This document shows positions 1-12,291 of a DNA stretch of 64,000 bases, piece after piece. The stretch comes from Lama guanicoe. Lineage: Eukaryota. The stretch lies in the NCBI GenBank assembly GCA_013239625.1, contig MU054187.1, positions 14,976,974 through 15,040,973 of the forward strand, written 5' to 3'. Positions within the stretch are counted from its first letter, which is position 1. The number at the start of each line of letters is the position of its first letter. The position numbers were made by a program, and so were the translations under genes. The notes under the pieces are model-generated. The model was not told where the DNA came from, made no database searches, and saw nothing but the letters and a program-made list of their open reading frames with translations.

Positions 1-204
1 TAATAAGCAGACATAAATGAATCAAGTTAAGGCTGTTCTTTTCACCTGTTGGATCAGTAAGTTCGTTGGCATTTCTCAGGGGCAGTTTGGGAGTCAGAAG
101 TGGGAATTGATTCTGTAGGAACCTTTGGATCACCTAGTTTATCTTTATTCTTCTTGGATGGTCTCTGAAATACGAACCCTTTGAAGATGTTAGGATGATG
201 TAAT

Positions 205-330
205 AAAACAGAGCACTGCATTAGGACTTAATGACTTTGGTCCTTGTTCTGCCTCTAATTAGCTGTGGGATCTTGGGAGAATGTCTCAATGTCCTCATTC
301 ACTGCTGCAGAGCTCAAATATTCTCTAATA
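205..330 (+). mobile_element. MIR fragment
   Basis: agagcactgcattaggac...ctgcctctaattagctgtgggatcttggg, MIR core-like. Confidence 0.55.
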
Positions 331-344
331 ACTAGCACTTTGAG

Positions 345-930
345 ACTATATTCACTAATTCACGCATTAATTGGAATTTACCAAATACCTACGATGAGCC
401 AAACATTGTATCAGGCACTTGGGATTCAACAAAGAACAGTACATGGCCCCTGCCCTTAACAAGTCTATAGTCTAGAGTTTAACCAGCAAATGAGGATTAT
501 GCAGAACTCACTTTCCACAGATAAAATGTTAGGAATTCCTGGTGAATTCCATGAAGACGGTCAGTGCACATTCAGGCTCACTCTTGGCATTAATTGGAAC
601 CTAGGAAGGAGAGGTCCCTGCTCATCTTCCCATAATGAATGTTCATTCACTTAACCAACCTTTACCAAGGGCCCAACGTGTATGAGACACTACGCTAGAC
701 CCTGGATCGTAGTTTCCTTGCCCCGAAGAGGTTCGTGGGGCAAAAAGATACAAATAGCTAATTAAAGCGATAAGGGCTATAATGAAGTATGTACAGAGTA
801 TTTTGCATGTACATAAGAAGGCACCCTTGACCTGGTCAGATGTCAGTAGTTGTAGGAGGCTGGGGAGGGTTCCACAGAGGAGTTGGCATAAGTAACAACC
901 TTGAGGCTGAGTAGTGATTTGCAGAGTGGA
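345..930 (-). mobile_element. L2 3' end fragments (two pieces, ~345-475 and ~640-930)
   Basis: ttcattcac...acctac...gccaaacattgtatcaggcacttggga...cctgccctt pattern typical of L2 3' ends. Confidence 0.55.
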
Positions 931-1136
931 AAAGTGTGATCGTGGTTTGGCATCTGGTCTAGTACATCAGTCCACTTCAGATTTTCAGAATCTGGGCTGG
1001 GGAGAGAGCATCCTTTACATGCCTTCGTATAATATTGAAAATGTTAGTGATGAGGGTTAGGGTTTTTGTTTTTTTACCTCTGGATATACTATCTCATTGG
1101 TAACTTTTTCCTCTAATGTTTGTGTGTGTGTTTTAG

Positions 1137-1310
1137 AAAAAACACCCAGGTTAATGCCTGATAAAGGAAGCATGTATTACCCACGGGTACAACATTATCG
1201 AGAACTACTTGACTCCTTGCCAATGGATGCCTACACACACGGCTGCATCCTACATCCTGAGCTAACTGTGGACTCCATGATCCCAGCTTATGCAACAACA
1301 AGGATTCGCA
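1137..1310 (+). CDS. GDAP1: GDAP1 coding exon 3 (174 bp)
   Basis: ttttag acceptor (1131-1136) and GTATGT donor at 1311; encodes (E)KTPRLMPDKGSMYYPRVQHYRELLDSLPMDAYTHGCILHPELTVDSMIPAYATTRIR(S), recognisable GDAP1 sequence. Exons 1-2 lie upstream of the window. Confidence 0.98.
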
Positions 1311-2404
1311 GTATGTAAAGATCTTAAAGACCTAGAATGCTGTTTAGAGTTTCTTTGAATTTATTTTTGAGACCTAGCACATCTCATGAAGACTTGGGAC
1401 AGGGTTGCTGAGTTTGCTTCATGGACATGCATGTTATACATCGATCCGTGCACCAGTCAGACTAATCTGTGTTTCAGCTGTTCAGCTGGACATCTGTTGT
1501 CTACAGGACCTGAATTTTCCAGCTCTTGGCCTTGAAGGCCAAGCTTAGATAAAGCTCAGAAGAGTGGCCTGTAGAAAAGCAAAGAACGTAACATGTTCTC
1601 ATGGACAGATGGACTAGGAGTTAGGAAAGCTGGGGTGTTCTGGGAGTCACGGACAACTAGGTTCACATTTCTGGTCCTTAGTTTTCATTTCATTGTGTGA
1701 GGGAGCGGGACTACAGGCTGTCTCACCCTTACTCCACCTCTAAACTCAGTGACTGGAGATTCACTAAGGTTGAGTTGTGATCGCCAACTGTCCTGTCCTC
1801 CTGTCCCGCGGACAGAGAAGGGTCAGTGCAAGGGATGAGGAGCCAGAGGCGGTGTGCACTGTGGCCCAGGAGGCTGGGAAGGAAGGGAGGTACCTGTGGT
1901 CAGACCCTGTGGGTGTTTGACCGAACACTCACACCCAGCTCTCCTAATCCCACAAAGTGCATCCTTTCTGTCTCACCAAGCCTCACCTGTGTGGTTCTCT
2001 GACTTAGGCTGTTTACCTCGTTTCTGATACTCCCCTCCCCTCCCCTTGCCTCCTCCTTCCCGTCGCTGCTCCTCTCCCCTCTGCTTTCCTCCCCGCTCTT
2101 CCAGCTTCTCACCTTCCTCTTGCTCCTCCACCTTCTCCCCGTCCATACTCATTATATGACTTGACACAAGTATTCTGACTATACTTCTATCACCTAGAGT
2201 AAACATTTCTTTAAATAAGGCTTTTCCCTCCCCTTCACGTAAAAGTTCATTACAGAAAGCATGAAAGGTACTGGAAGGTAGAATGACTGCTCTGCGCTGA
2301 GCATTTCCGACGTGCTGGGCTGGGCTTTGCCCTAAATGCTTCCCATTTCGTCCTCCGCCCGTGCGCAGATACTCTGATGGCTGCATTTTAAAACTGAGCT
2401 CACA

Positions 2405-2523
2405 GAGAAAAAAATGTGACAGTGAATATATACATGTTCATGTTTAACTGAAAAATTGTGCTCTACACTGGAATTTGACACATTGTAAAATGATTATAAA
2501 TCAATAAAAATGTTTAAAAAAGA
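2405..2523 (+). mobile_element. Short young L1 3' end in GDAP1 intron 3
   Basis: gtgacagtgaatata...ctgaaaaattgtgctctacactggaatttgacacattgtaaaatg...AATAAA and A tail; near-identical copy at 42064; flanked by aaactgag repeats. Confidence 0.75.
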
Positions 2524-2683
2524 AACTGAGGACACTGAGGCGCAGAGAGGGCAAGTCTGAGGCAGACGCAGGGTGTGGCCTGCAGGGCTCAGACTGTCAC
2601 CATCCAGTTTCCCTGCTTTTCCTTGTTTCTTGTGTGGAAGGGAGGAAGTAATTTTCTAATTCAAAAAATTATTTTATTATCAG

Positions 2684-2778
2684 GCCAAATCGGTAACACA
2701 GAGTCGGAACTGAAAAAACTTGCTGAAGAAAACCCAGATTTACAAGAAGCGTATATTGCAAAGCAGAAGCGACTTAAA
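2684..2778 (+). CDS. GDAP1: GDAP1 coding exon 4 (95 bp)
   Basis: cag acceptor 2681-2683, GTAAGT donor 2779; SQIGNTESELKKLAEENPDLQEAYIAKQKRLK; phase matches exon 3. Confidence 0.98.
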
Positions 2779-3184
2779 GTAAGTAAACTGGGCTATCCTC
2801 CACTGACATCTGCTGTTTGTATTAAATGCGCTACTTTTTGTAAAGTGTCACTGTTTCTTAGAACATCTTCTATTAAATATTGCAAGTCACCAGTACTCAT
2901 GTGACCTTTGGCTTATGCTCTGCTTTTAGAAAGAATTTTTCTTTATTAGATTTGCTATTCAGGCCAAACGACAGTTGTTTAAAAAGCAGGTATCGCTCAG
3001 GCTTGTTGTCAAGGAAAGTTATAAAATGTAAAAGCAAGTTAATAAAATATTCTAGGAACCTGTCATTTCAGGTATTTTGCCCCTTTAATGCAGCTAGACC
3101 TCTGTCTGTGACTTTTTTTAATACCAGTAAGGTAACTGGTGAGTTTGCCTTTTTAATATATACTCTCTTGGCTCTTCTCAATTT

Positions 3185-4225
3185 TTTTCCTTTTTACCTT
3201 TTAACCATCTTCATCCATTTTTCCACCTCCTCACCTCCTGCCTCTGGTCCATTCTCTGCACCTATGAGCTTGGGCATTTGTTTTTGGATTCCATGTATAA
3301 GAGAGATTATGCAGTATTTGTCTTTCTCTGTCTGACATTTCACTTAGCATAATGCCCTCAAGGTCTATTCATGTTGTCACAAAAGGCAAAATTTCACTCT
3401 TTTTTTATAGTTTAATAATATTCCACTCTCTCTCTATGTACATCACAATTTCTTGATTGATTCATCTGTTAATGGACACAAGCTGTTTCCATGTCTTGGC
3501 TGTCATGAATAATGCCCCAATGAACATGGGAATGCAGGGATCTTCTTGAGTTTGTGTTTTTGTTTTCTCTGGATAAACACCCAGAAGTAGAATTGCTGGA
3601 TTGTATGGCAGTTCTGTTTTTAGTTTTCTGAGGACCCTCCATACTGTTTTGCCAAGTGGCTACACCAGTTTACATTCCCACCAACAGAACACAAGGGTGC
3701 TCTTTTCTCTACATCCTTGTCAACACTTGTGATTTCTTATCTTTGTGATAATAGCCATTCTAACAGGGGCAACATATCTTATTGTGGTTTTAATTTTCTT
3801 TTTCCTGGTGATTGACAGCACTGAGCATCCTTTCATGTACCTGTTGGCCGTTGTGTGTCTTCTTTGGAAAAATGTCTGTTCAGATCTTCTGCTCATATTT
3901 TAATTGGATTGCTTGTTTTGCTATTGAGTTGTGTGAAATTCTTTATATATTTTAGCTATCAGGCCCTTATCAGATATATGATTTGCAAATATTTTCTCCC
4001 ACTTAGTAGGCTGCCTTTTCATTTTGTTGATGGTTTCCTTTGCTGTGAAGAAGCTTATTAGTTTAATGTCGTCCCTCCTGCGTATTTTTGCTTTTGTTAC
4101 TTTTGCTTTTGGTTTCAGATTTAAAAAATCATCGCCAAGACTAATGTCAGCGAGCTTCCCACCTATGCTTTCTTTTAGGAGTTTATGGTTTCAGGTTTTA
4201 CATTCAAGTCTTGAATCCATATAGA
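3185..4225 (-). mobile_element. L1 3' region in GDAP1 intron 4
   Basis: Antisense L1 3'UTR/ORF2 end: tgcagtatttgtctttctctgtctgac, ccagtttacattcccaccaacag, gaaaaatgtctgttcagatc. Confidence 0.9.
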
Positions 4226-4838
4226 GTTTGTCTGTTTTGTCTGCCTTCTGAAGAGCAAGGCTTTGCCTTATCAGCGAAAGTCAGCCTTTTCTCTCTGCTG
4301 ATTCTTTCCTGGTGTTCCAGCAACATGTGTAAGCTTCTCCCACATTAAAAATGTAGCAAACGTCAACAGTCCACCGCCCCTCTACGCCCCATCTCCCTTT
4401 ACCTCGCGTTAGCTAAATGAGCTTCTCAAAAGAAACATCTGCACACCCACGGGCGTTACTTTCTCCTTGTCCTTTAACACTGCATTCAGCTTTCTTTCTC
4501 ATTCCTGACCCTTCAGTTATTCACTCACTCACTGAAGGCTGCTGAAAGCCCATTCCTGATCTGGGTGTGACAGGAGTCTCTCCGTGCCCCTCACACTCTG
4601 CCCTCTCTGGTCATCCGGTCCCACTGAGTTGCCGTGAGCAGTGGGTCTGGCCCCTGGGATGTTTCCACAGCCACGGCATTTCCCCTCTGCTTTGCTTCTG
4701 CTTTCACAAAGAAATTCTGTTACTTCTCATTGCCTGGAATAAACAGGCTTCAGCTCTGTAAGACCTTGTATCTGCTTTCCTTCACATCGATTGTTTTTAC
4801 AGGCATGAATAACTTATTTAGTTATTTTTGTTGATTAG

Positions 4839-4953
4839 TCAAAGCTCCTTGACCATGACAATGTCAAATATTTGAAGAAGATTCTTGATGAATTGGAGAA
4901 AGTCTTGGATCAGGTTGAAACTGAGCTGCAGAGGAGAAATGAAGAAACTCCAG
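4839..4953 (+). CDS. GDAP1: GDAP1 coding exon 5 (115 bp)
   Basis: ttgattag acceptor, GTAGGT donor 4954; SKLLDHDNVKYLKKILDELEKVLDQVETELQRRNEETP. Confidence 0.98.
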
Positions 4954-5989
4954 GTAGGTTCTCATTTGTATTCTCTTTCTCTTCTCCTGGACACCAGGAG
5001 TATTTATGGGAATTCTCTTCGATTTCACCGAAAACATTCTGTAATCTGTTTTTAATTGTTAGTACTCATGGGCAGTTTAAATTATGATAGCCACAATAAC
5101 CTTGAATTCAGCAAAAGCCAGGTGCCTAATTGTAACTGAATCTGCATCTGTGTAAAATGTGACTCGTGAAGGATTTTTCTGCACAATTTAAGTTACGGTT
5201 GAGCGATTCCTACCCAGCCTGTTCCACAGGTTTTAATTATAGTAGTTAGTTTGGTTGAATAACCTGAGTAATTTCTTGAACGCTCCGTCTAGTTTTTCCC
5301 TTAGGCAGGGAGAGAACGTCCAGTCCGCAGTGCAGTGCAGAGGGAGCCAGCCTGGGTCTGCACAGGCTCACTGCTGAGCACCCACTGTCGTGCCCGTGAA
5401 CCTGGCCTCATGGTGAAGCCACTGCCCAGCTGCACACACACGGACCATTCGCACTCTTCTCACTGACAGCGAAGTTGACCATGTCACTTGAAACTTGCTT
5501 CACCATAGGGACTCTCTTCCGTTTTAAAGAAGTAACTAAAAGCAGCAACCACTGAGTGACACCGCGGGCCCAGCTTTAGGGATTTTCCTACAGCACACCT
5601 GCCGTTTTCTGAACCCAGAAGGAAATATCTGTTAACTCCTTTGGCTTGGAGGCTCCCAACTCCTTGAAATGATAGACGTCTTGAGCTCAAGTGGTCAAGT
5701 GGCCCCAGCTTCACCTAGGGACTTAGGTACCGACAGACGTCAAGCAAGTCTCCCTTAGCCTGGGATATGTTTGCAAGGGTTTTTTTTGTTTTTTGTTTGT
5801 TTGTTTGTTTGTTTGTTTGTTTTGTTATGATCGCATAAAACTACTCACTGAGTGTGACTGCCAAGAAAATGTAGCGCGGCCTTTGTCTCTTGCTACACTC
5901 ACACCTGCCCTCAAGACCGAGACAAAAGATGCCAACTAGGGTGTGTATGGCGCTTGCTCCTAACCCTCCATGTCCCTTTCTCTGATTAG

Positions 5990-6372
5990 AAGAGGGCCGC
6001 CAGCCGTGGCTCTGCGGAGATTCCTTCACCTTGGCGGATGTCTCGCTGGCTGTCACGCTGCATCGACTGAAGTTCCTGGGGTTTGCGAGGAGAAACTGGG
6101 GAAATGGAAAGCGACCGAACTTGGAAACCTACTATGAGCGTGTCTTGAAGAGAAAAACATTTAACAAGGTTTTAGGACATGTCAACAATATATTAATCTC
6201 CGCGGTGCTGCCAACTGCATTCCGGGTGGCCAAGAAGAGGGCTCCCAAAGTTCTTGGCACCACCCTTGTGGTTGGTTTGCTTGCAGGAATGGGATATTTT
6301 GCATTTATGCTTTTCAGAAAGAGACTTGGCAGCATGATGTTAGCGCTTAGACCCAGACCAAATTACTTCTAG
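5990..6372 (+). CDS. GDAP1: GDAP1 terminal coding exon 6 (GST-C end, hydrophobic domain, tail-anchor TM)
   Basis: Polypyrimidine tract and tag acceptor 5987-5989; EEGRQPWLCGDSFTLADVSLAVTLHRLKFLGFARRNW...VLGTTLVVGLLAGMGYFAFMLFRKRLGSMMLALRPRPNYF, stop TAG at 6370-6372. Confidence 0.98.
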
Positions 6373-7193
6373 GCTTGTGGGGAACTAAGGGTGGCAACTC
6401 ACCCAACCATTCAGCTAGACCCTTCTCCACTCTGCCAGGCCCGGTGAAGGATGACCCTGGGCAACTAGTAAAAAGCATAACTTACTTTACTCTTTGGCTA
6501 CTTTATGTGGGGAGAGGAGGGCATGAAGATGTTTTTGTGGGCTGGTAACTTTGAGATTACTCATCTGCAAACCTGAATTAATTCATCCTTAACACATGGA
6601 TGAGGTCAAGATACGTGTGAATGCTGGCAGGTAGAGGAGAACAGAACTTTAACTCAAAATGCCAGTTCAAGTTCTGGATTCTTTTTTGGGAGAAGGTTAT
6701 TATTATGAGCAGATAGTAATAATAACCTGTGATTGCCCAGAGCCCTTCATCTGAGACTACCTGGATGTGTTGAGTGCTGAGTAGTTAGCAGTATTGTCTC
6801 CTGGCATTCAGAAATCATCTCTGTTACACAACACGGGGTCCCGACAGCAGCAAGGCACCGCGGTGCACCGCGGTGCTTCGTACTTCCACTGTTAGCTCCA
6901 GGCAGAAATAAGGTGGGGCAGAGGGACAAAGGCGGGGGACCAAAGGGAGAATTAAGTCTTTATAATGATGGGCAATAGAATGCAGCCTCCAGGTGCCGCC
7001 AGGACCACTTGTGGCCGCCTGTCCCCTTAGTAAACATCACCTTTGACTGCTTGTGGCCACAGCCCTCGCATTCTCCTGTAATTGAGGACCTTCGGGAAAG
7101 AGAACTAGGGAGTTACTGTGGGGAGTGGGCTAGAGAAAACCCCAGGCTTTGTACTTAGCATTAATGTTATGGTTATTGTTATTAACACTAACG

Positions 7194-7209
7194 TCAAGGT
7201 CATTGACCT
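7194..7209. promoter_or_regulatory. Composite nuclear receptor site: TCAAGGTCA (ERR/SF-1 type) overlapping a perfect IR-1 AGGTCAnTGACCT
   Basis: Exact consensus match TCAAGGTCATTGACCT; function not demonstrated. Confidence 0.35.
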
Positions 7210-9255
7210 TAGTGTTAATATTAGATGCATGGAAATCACAGTCAATAATTTAATAAGATTAACTGCTTATGTACTTTGGCATGAGATGCCCACTGGATCA
7301 CGCCTGACTGCGTATTTACATGAAAGTCTTACGTGATATTAAAACAGTTCCTTTCTTTTTCTCATGGTTCCCCAGTTTGAAGGTCCTGTGAGATACCACT
7401 CCTGTGGACTGTCGTGGACAGTCACGGGGGTTCTTGGCCACTGCAGCCCTTCTGTGCACATGAGTGGTCTTTAGGTGAATGTCTGAGGTCATCACTAGTG
7501 TGGCACATGGCTGGGCAGTGGGTGTTTTGATGACCTGGGAGTATTAAATAGGCTCATTTGCATTTGGCGAGGCTGGTGTATTAACACAAGACTGTTGTCT
7601 AGGCCTCACATCTGTTTACTGTCATCCGCAAAGCCTTACAGGGTTACAGGGGAAGAGAAAGCCTAGTCTTAGTCCTTGGCAGTGAGTTTAGGGGAGATGA
7701 AGGAAGTCGGCAGATAGTGATGTCCACCTATGTTCATTCACCTTTGTCTGAGCACTCCGGGGGGCTGCCCCTGTCCATCTGGAGCCGACAGCCAGTGTGT
7801 CCCGTGAACAACCATGACACTGCATGATACAGTTTGTGTTCAGCAAGAATCATTCCTGGTGACAGGAGGGTAGAGTTTCTGTGGAGTTGGCTGGAAAAGT
7901 CTTGGGAGCAGTTTTAGGTCTCTGACGGGAAGTACGTATAGGGAACAATGAGCTAAGGTTCCAGTGAACAGCAAATGCTTGCTTGGAGTGCCTCTGATGG
8001 GCTCTGCAAAATGGCCAAAGAATGTCCCAACCTTTTCGTGAATAGGGAACAGTCATACCTGCTAAACAGTGATTTTTTTTGATGGTAAAATAATTCTATA
8101 ATTCACGAATCAGTTGTTTTAGAAAATCTCGATGAACTGGATATTCCTTGTTTATAAAAAATTAATAACATTTCCAGTGTAAACTCAATCCAACAATAAT
8201 TAACAGGCTGGCAGCTTTTATAGTGTTTTTGTTTGGCACCCCAGTGCATTGCTGTATGGTGTACAGTGTCTGAATTTGTTGCTGGGACGTTCCAATCCAT
8301 GTATTCATAAAAGAGCCACAAAACTGATTATTCAGTATTTCAGAGTGTTTCAGAGTTCCTTCTATCACCCTGTTATAATCAAGAACTCAGACACGAAGAA
8401 ATCAAAATTGGATTTTTATAAAAATCTACAAAGGATATTTACCTATGTAAGGGCTGTTGATTAAGAATAAAAGTTTGAAGACCAGTGCTGGATTTTCCTT
8501 AAATTTATATTATTACTAAATTAAAAGAAAATATACTATAAGTGTTTGTGATTTGCAGATACAGTTTCATTGGAAATAAGCTTCTGTCCATATTAAAGGT
8601 GATGCATGGTGGCAATTTCACTTATTTCAGGGGTGCCCGTGAGCTTGTACTTTTGAGATGTTTGTTTAGGGGCTTAATGACCACAAGATGTCGCTGTTCA
8701 CCCAGTAGTCTGAGATGGGGCTTACTGTAGGTTCAGCAAGCCTTCTGCAATGTTTCAAGGGAAGATAAACATTGATGACCTTAGTTTCTGAAATGAGGGC
8801 ATCTTCATCAGATTGTTCATCTGTAAAAGAGCTTGAGGCACATGTAGTATTGATTTCTGATGCTTGGAAGGGATAACTGTACCACACAATGTCAAGCTAA
8901 AGAGCTGAACATAATACACTGTTAGCAAGAGAGGTACTTCTTTTGTATTTTCTTTTTCACTATCATTGGTGGACTGGCAAGTGTGCTCCTCAGTTTCCAA
9001 AGTTTGTATAAATATCACGATTAGAAAAATGCCTGAGGGACTACATTTATGTTGGCTATTTATGTCTTATCACAAATACTATTTTACTGTTATCGCTATT
9101 CTATATGCCTTTTGGATCCAATTTTCCTAATCACAGATAGTAACAAATTGCTTGCTCGAGTTTTAGTAATTATTGATTTTGACACCGGAGTTGTAGCTAT
9201 TTTGGTGTTGTTGAATGTCATAGAGAGATAAAGATACTATTCTGCCTGTAAGATC

Positions 9256-9278
9256 AATAAAATTAATTGGAAAATAAA
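9256..9278 (+). terminator. Tandem polyadenylation signals of GDAP1
   Basis: AATAAA at 9256-9261 and 9273-9278, followed by catttTGTAATCTTGTTTG as a downstream element. Confidence 0.65.
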
Positions 9279-10429
9279 TATGTGCCCTGAAAGTACTCAT
9301 TTTGTAATCTTGTTTGAGAAATCAGATGTATTTTTTTCATTTAACATCAAAGCATAATGTTGTAATTGGAGTAAAATAAGAAGTTAGGTATTCAAAATAC
9401 TTAGCTCTAGGATATCATATTTTCCTTGTAACGTAAAAATTACTGACTTATGATTTACTGAAATACATATAATTTTATGGTTAAAATGAATGGTAGCTTA
9501 AAGAAGAGCATACTGATTCTGATCATTAAAGGAGTTCTTTCGCAGGCAGCCACCTAACAGATATACAGCATGAAAATGATAAACACTTTTTTTTGGAAAT
9601 ATTTTTGTTTCATGTTTATTGGGCTTCAAATATTATTCTTTTTATGATACTTATGTATATTTTTGATAGAGCTGATTCTCTTCTTTTATTGGGTCATGGA
9701 TTATGAATATTCAAATTCCCAACCACATTTCTAGCCTTGGTGAACTTAGCCATAATTCTAATCATCAAATAGAAATTGAATACTACTTTTGTTTTACATT
9801 GAACAAAGCCAGTTAAATAAGAACCAAATTGACCTCATTTCCCCTGAGTTTGCAAACAATAGGCAACAAGTTTGAATACCATGGAAAGTCACGTGCACAT
9901 ACAACTCTGTAGTCTGCTCAGAAAAGAGAAAAGCACCATGGTAAGGACAGAAACGTCAAATTAATACAATGAATAAGTTAGTATTTAGACATCACCTTCA
10001 TATTGTTTATGACTAATATTTGGCCCACTTATATTGTTATTCTCTACTTAGTCATGCTAGAATATCATGATTTTCTAATTTTCCAGAACTCCCGTGTTTT
10101 ACTAGGTAGAGTAGTAGATTCCAAACCGAGTCAAGGGGTGTAATTTCTAGAGTAGGGATAATAGTTTTATTTTAATTATGTACTTACATTATGAAAATGA
10201 AGAGAGGGAGAGAGAAGGAGAACTCACTTTCTGGGTTAGAAAGGCAGTGCATCGATGAAAACAATACTCTGTATTACTTGTGCTTGAGTTGAGCCCAAGA
10301 TTTTGTCTGAGGAGGAACACTGACATGTGGGTCAGGAGGCAGCGGGGTGGGGCAGGCTGTGAGGTACAGGCCGACACCACTACATGGAGTTGGAGACAAC
10401 TCATGCTTATGATGGGCCTTAATCTACAC

Positions 10430-10593
10430 TTTCTTTTTTTTTTTTTGGTGGTGGTGGGGGACATAATTCAGTTTGTTTGTTTGTTTGTTTATTTATTTAT
10501 TTATAGAGGAGGTACTGGGGATTGAACCCAGGACCTCGTGTGTGCTAATAAGCAAGTGCTCTACCACTTAGCTATAACTTATACCCCACCCCA
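10430..10593 (-). mobile_element. Camelid-type tRNA-derived SINE
   Basis: Reverse of tatagctaagtggtagagcacttgc...gaggtcctgggttcaatccccagtacctcc with (TAAA)n and A tail; A/B box-like motifs. Confidence 0.85.
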
Positions 10594-11347
10594 CCTTAAT
10601 ATACTCTCTGATTCAAGTCAGGTGGTGTATCTCATCCACAGTACCTTGTCATAAAACTCCTTTGAGAAGGTTAGAATTTTTTTTTTGTCTTAAGCCTTTA
10701 TTCTTTATTTATATATTGGCTACTTAATTACAATGTGCTGTCATTTAACTCCCTTACTAGGAGAAACCAAGAGTATGTGTGAAAATGTAAAGATGTTAAT
10801 GAAATGTAATTCAAAGGGTCAGGTAATTTTTCAGGCATATGGCCAGTACGTATAACTTTTTGTATCATCAGATTAAGCTATCTTTTGAATTTAAGAATCT
10901 GATATTCAACAAAGTCACACATACACATCATCAGATACATATCATACTAAAAATGTAATATGATATACTTTCAGAGGTTCTATATTTATTAAGTTTAATA
11001 CTCAAAAGAAAGGAAAGGTTTGCATTAAGAAAATTACATGAACTAGAAATTACTAGCACTAAAAGCAAGGGTGGCTATGTTGTAAAAATGGCCATAAATT
11101 CTCATTTCTCCACTCATTTCCTTGAGATACGGTGTTACAAATCTTCCCTTCAAGAGAGAGCTTCTTAGAGCATGACCATAGTAAGCTCACTGGAGAGGAA
11201 CTTGCCAGAAATGTTTGACATTAAGTAGTGATGAATGTCATTGGAGGTCCATTCCAGGCAGAATGGAGGGCCTCCTGAACACCTACCTCGCCAACCCCAC
11301 CCCTCCCCCCGGCAGAACCAGGCTCTGGTGCAAGTCCTACGTTAGAC

Positions 11348-11565
11348 CAGGGGCTTTCAATCTTGGCATTATTGATACTGTGGGTCAGATCATTCTTGCT
11401 ATGTAGTGCTGTTTCATGTGCTGTAGGATGTTGTGGGCATCCCTGACCTCTACCCATTAAATGCCAGTAACTCCCCTTTGCTCCCCTGTTGTGACAACCA
11501 AAAGTGTCTTAAGATATTGCCGAATGTCACCTGGGGAGAAAACCATCTCCAGTCAAAGATCATTG
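11348..11565 (-). mobile_element. MER20 (hAT-Charlie MITE)
   Basis: Near full-length match to MER20 as recalled (ccctgacctctacccattaaatgccagtaac...ttgtgacaaccaaaagtgtc...attgccgaatgtc). Confidence 0.85.
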
Positions 11566-11569
11566 CTCT

Positions 11570-12290
11570 ACACTCACCCCAACATAGCCTAAAACTAAGC
11601 CTGGACAAGATCTGCAGGGGAGACAGATTTTGGAGGTTGGGTCCTGCCAAGTTAGAGGTGCCTAGGAGAGATCTTTGGTTTCCACATGTCCTCTATAATA
11701 AAGCATAAAACCAAACCTACCCAGTATAAAGGATATAGTCAGTAAATGAACTGCCTTCTAGAATAAGAATCAATGTCCTTTAGAGGGAAGGAAACAGAAT
11801 CCAGAGACTATAATGCATCACTAACAATGTCCAGTGCACAGTAAAATAATTATATCAAACATGCAAAGAAACAGGGAAATAGGGCCTATAGTCAGACAAA
11901 AAAGCAATAGTAAACAGAAACAGAATGTGATATGACTCAAATGTTGGATTTACCAAGGATTTTAAAGCAAGTAAAGGACGATGGATGTTAAGAGAATTAA
12001 AAGAAAAGGTAGTCTGATTGAGTCAACAGATAAGGAATCACAGCAGAGAAATCAAAACCAAAAAAAGAACCAAATGGAAAACCTAAAATAGAAAAGTATT
12101 GTAACTGAGGTGAAAAATTCATTGGATAGGCTTCACAGCAGATGGGAGATGATAAAGGAAAGATAAAGGAACAGAACTTCAGGAACCCATGGATAATATC
12201 AACTGGTCTGATACATGTGTTATAGGAGTCCCAGAAAGAGAAGAAAGTGAGGATGAGGCAGGAAAAATATATAATTAAATAATACCAAAT
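11570..12290 (+). mobile_element. Old L1M 5'/ORF1 remnant
   Basis: A-rich decayed ORF1-like sequence (gaaccaaatggaaa, ataggagtcccagaaagagaaga). Confidence 0.7.
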
Positions 12291-12291
12291 T

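Larger units (their letters stand above)
6373..9295 (+). other. GDAP1: GDAP1 3'UTR (end approximate)
   Basis: Repeat-poor, increasingly AU-rich sequence after the stop, ending near two AATAAA signals followed by a T/GT-rich tract. Confidence 0.7.

Noticed and set aside
1900..2386. E/G/R-rich - strand ORFs in GDAP1 intron 3
   Set aside because: Produced by a low-complexity pyrimidine tract (~2030-2140).
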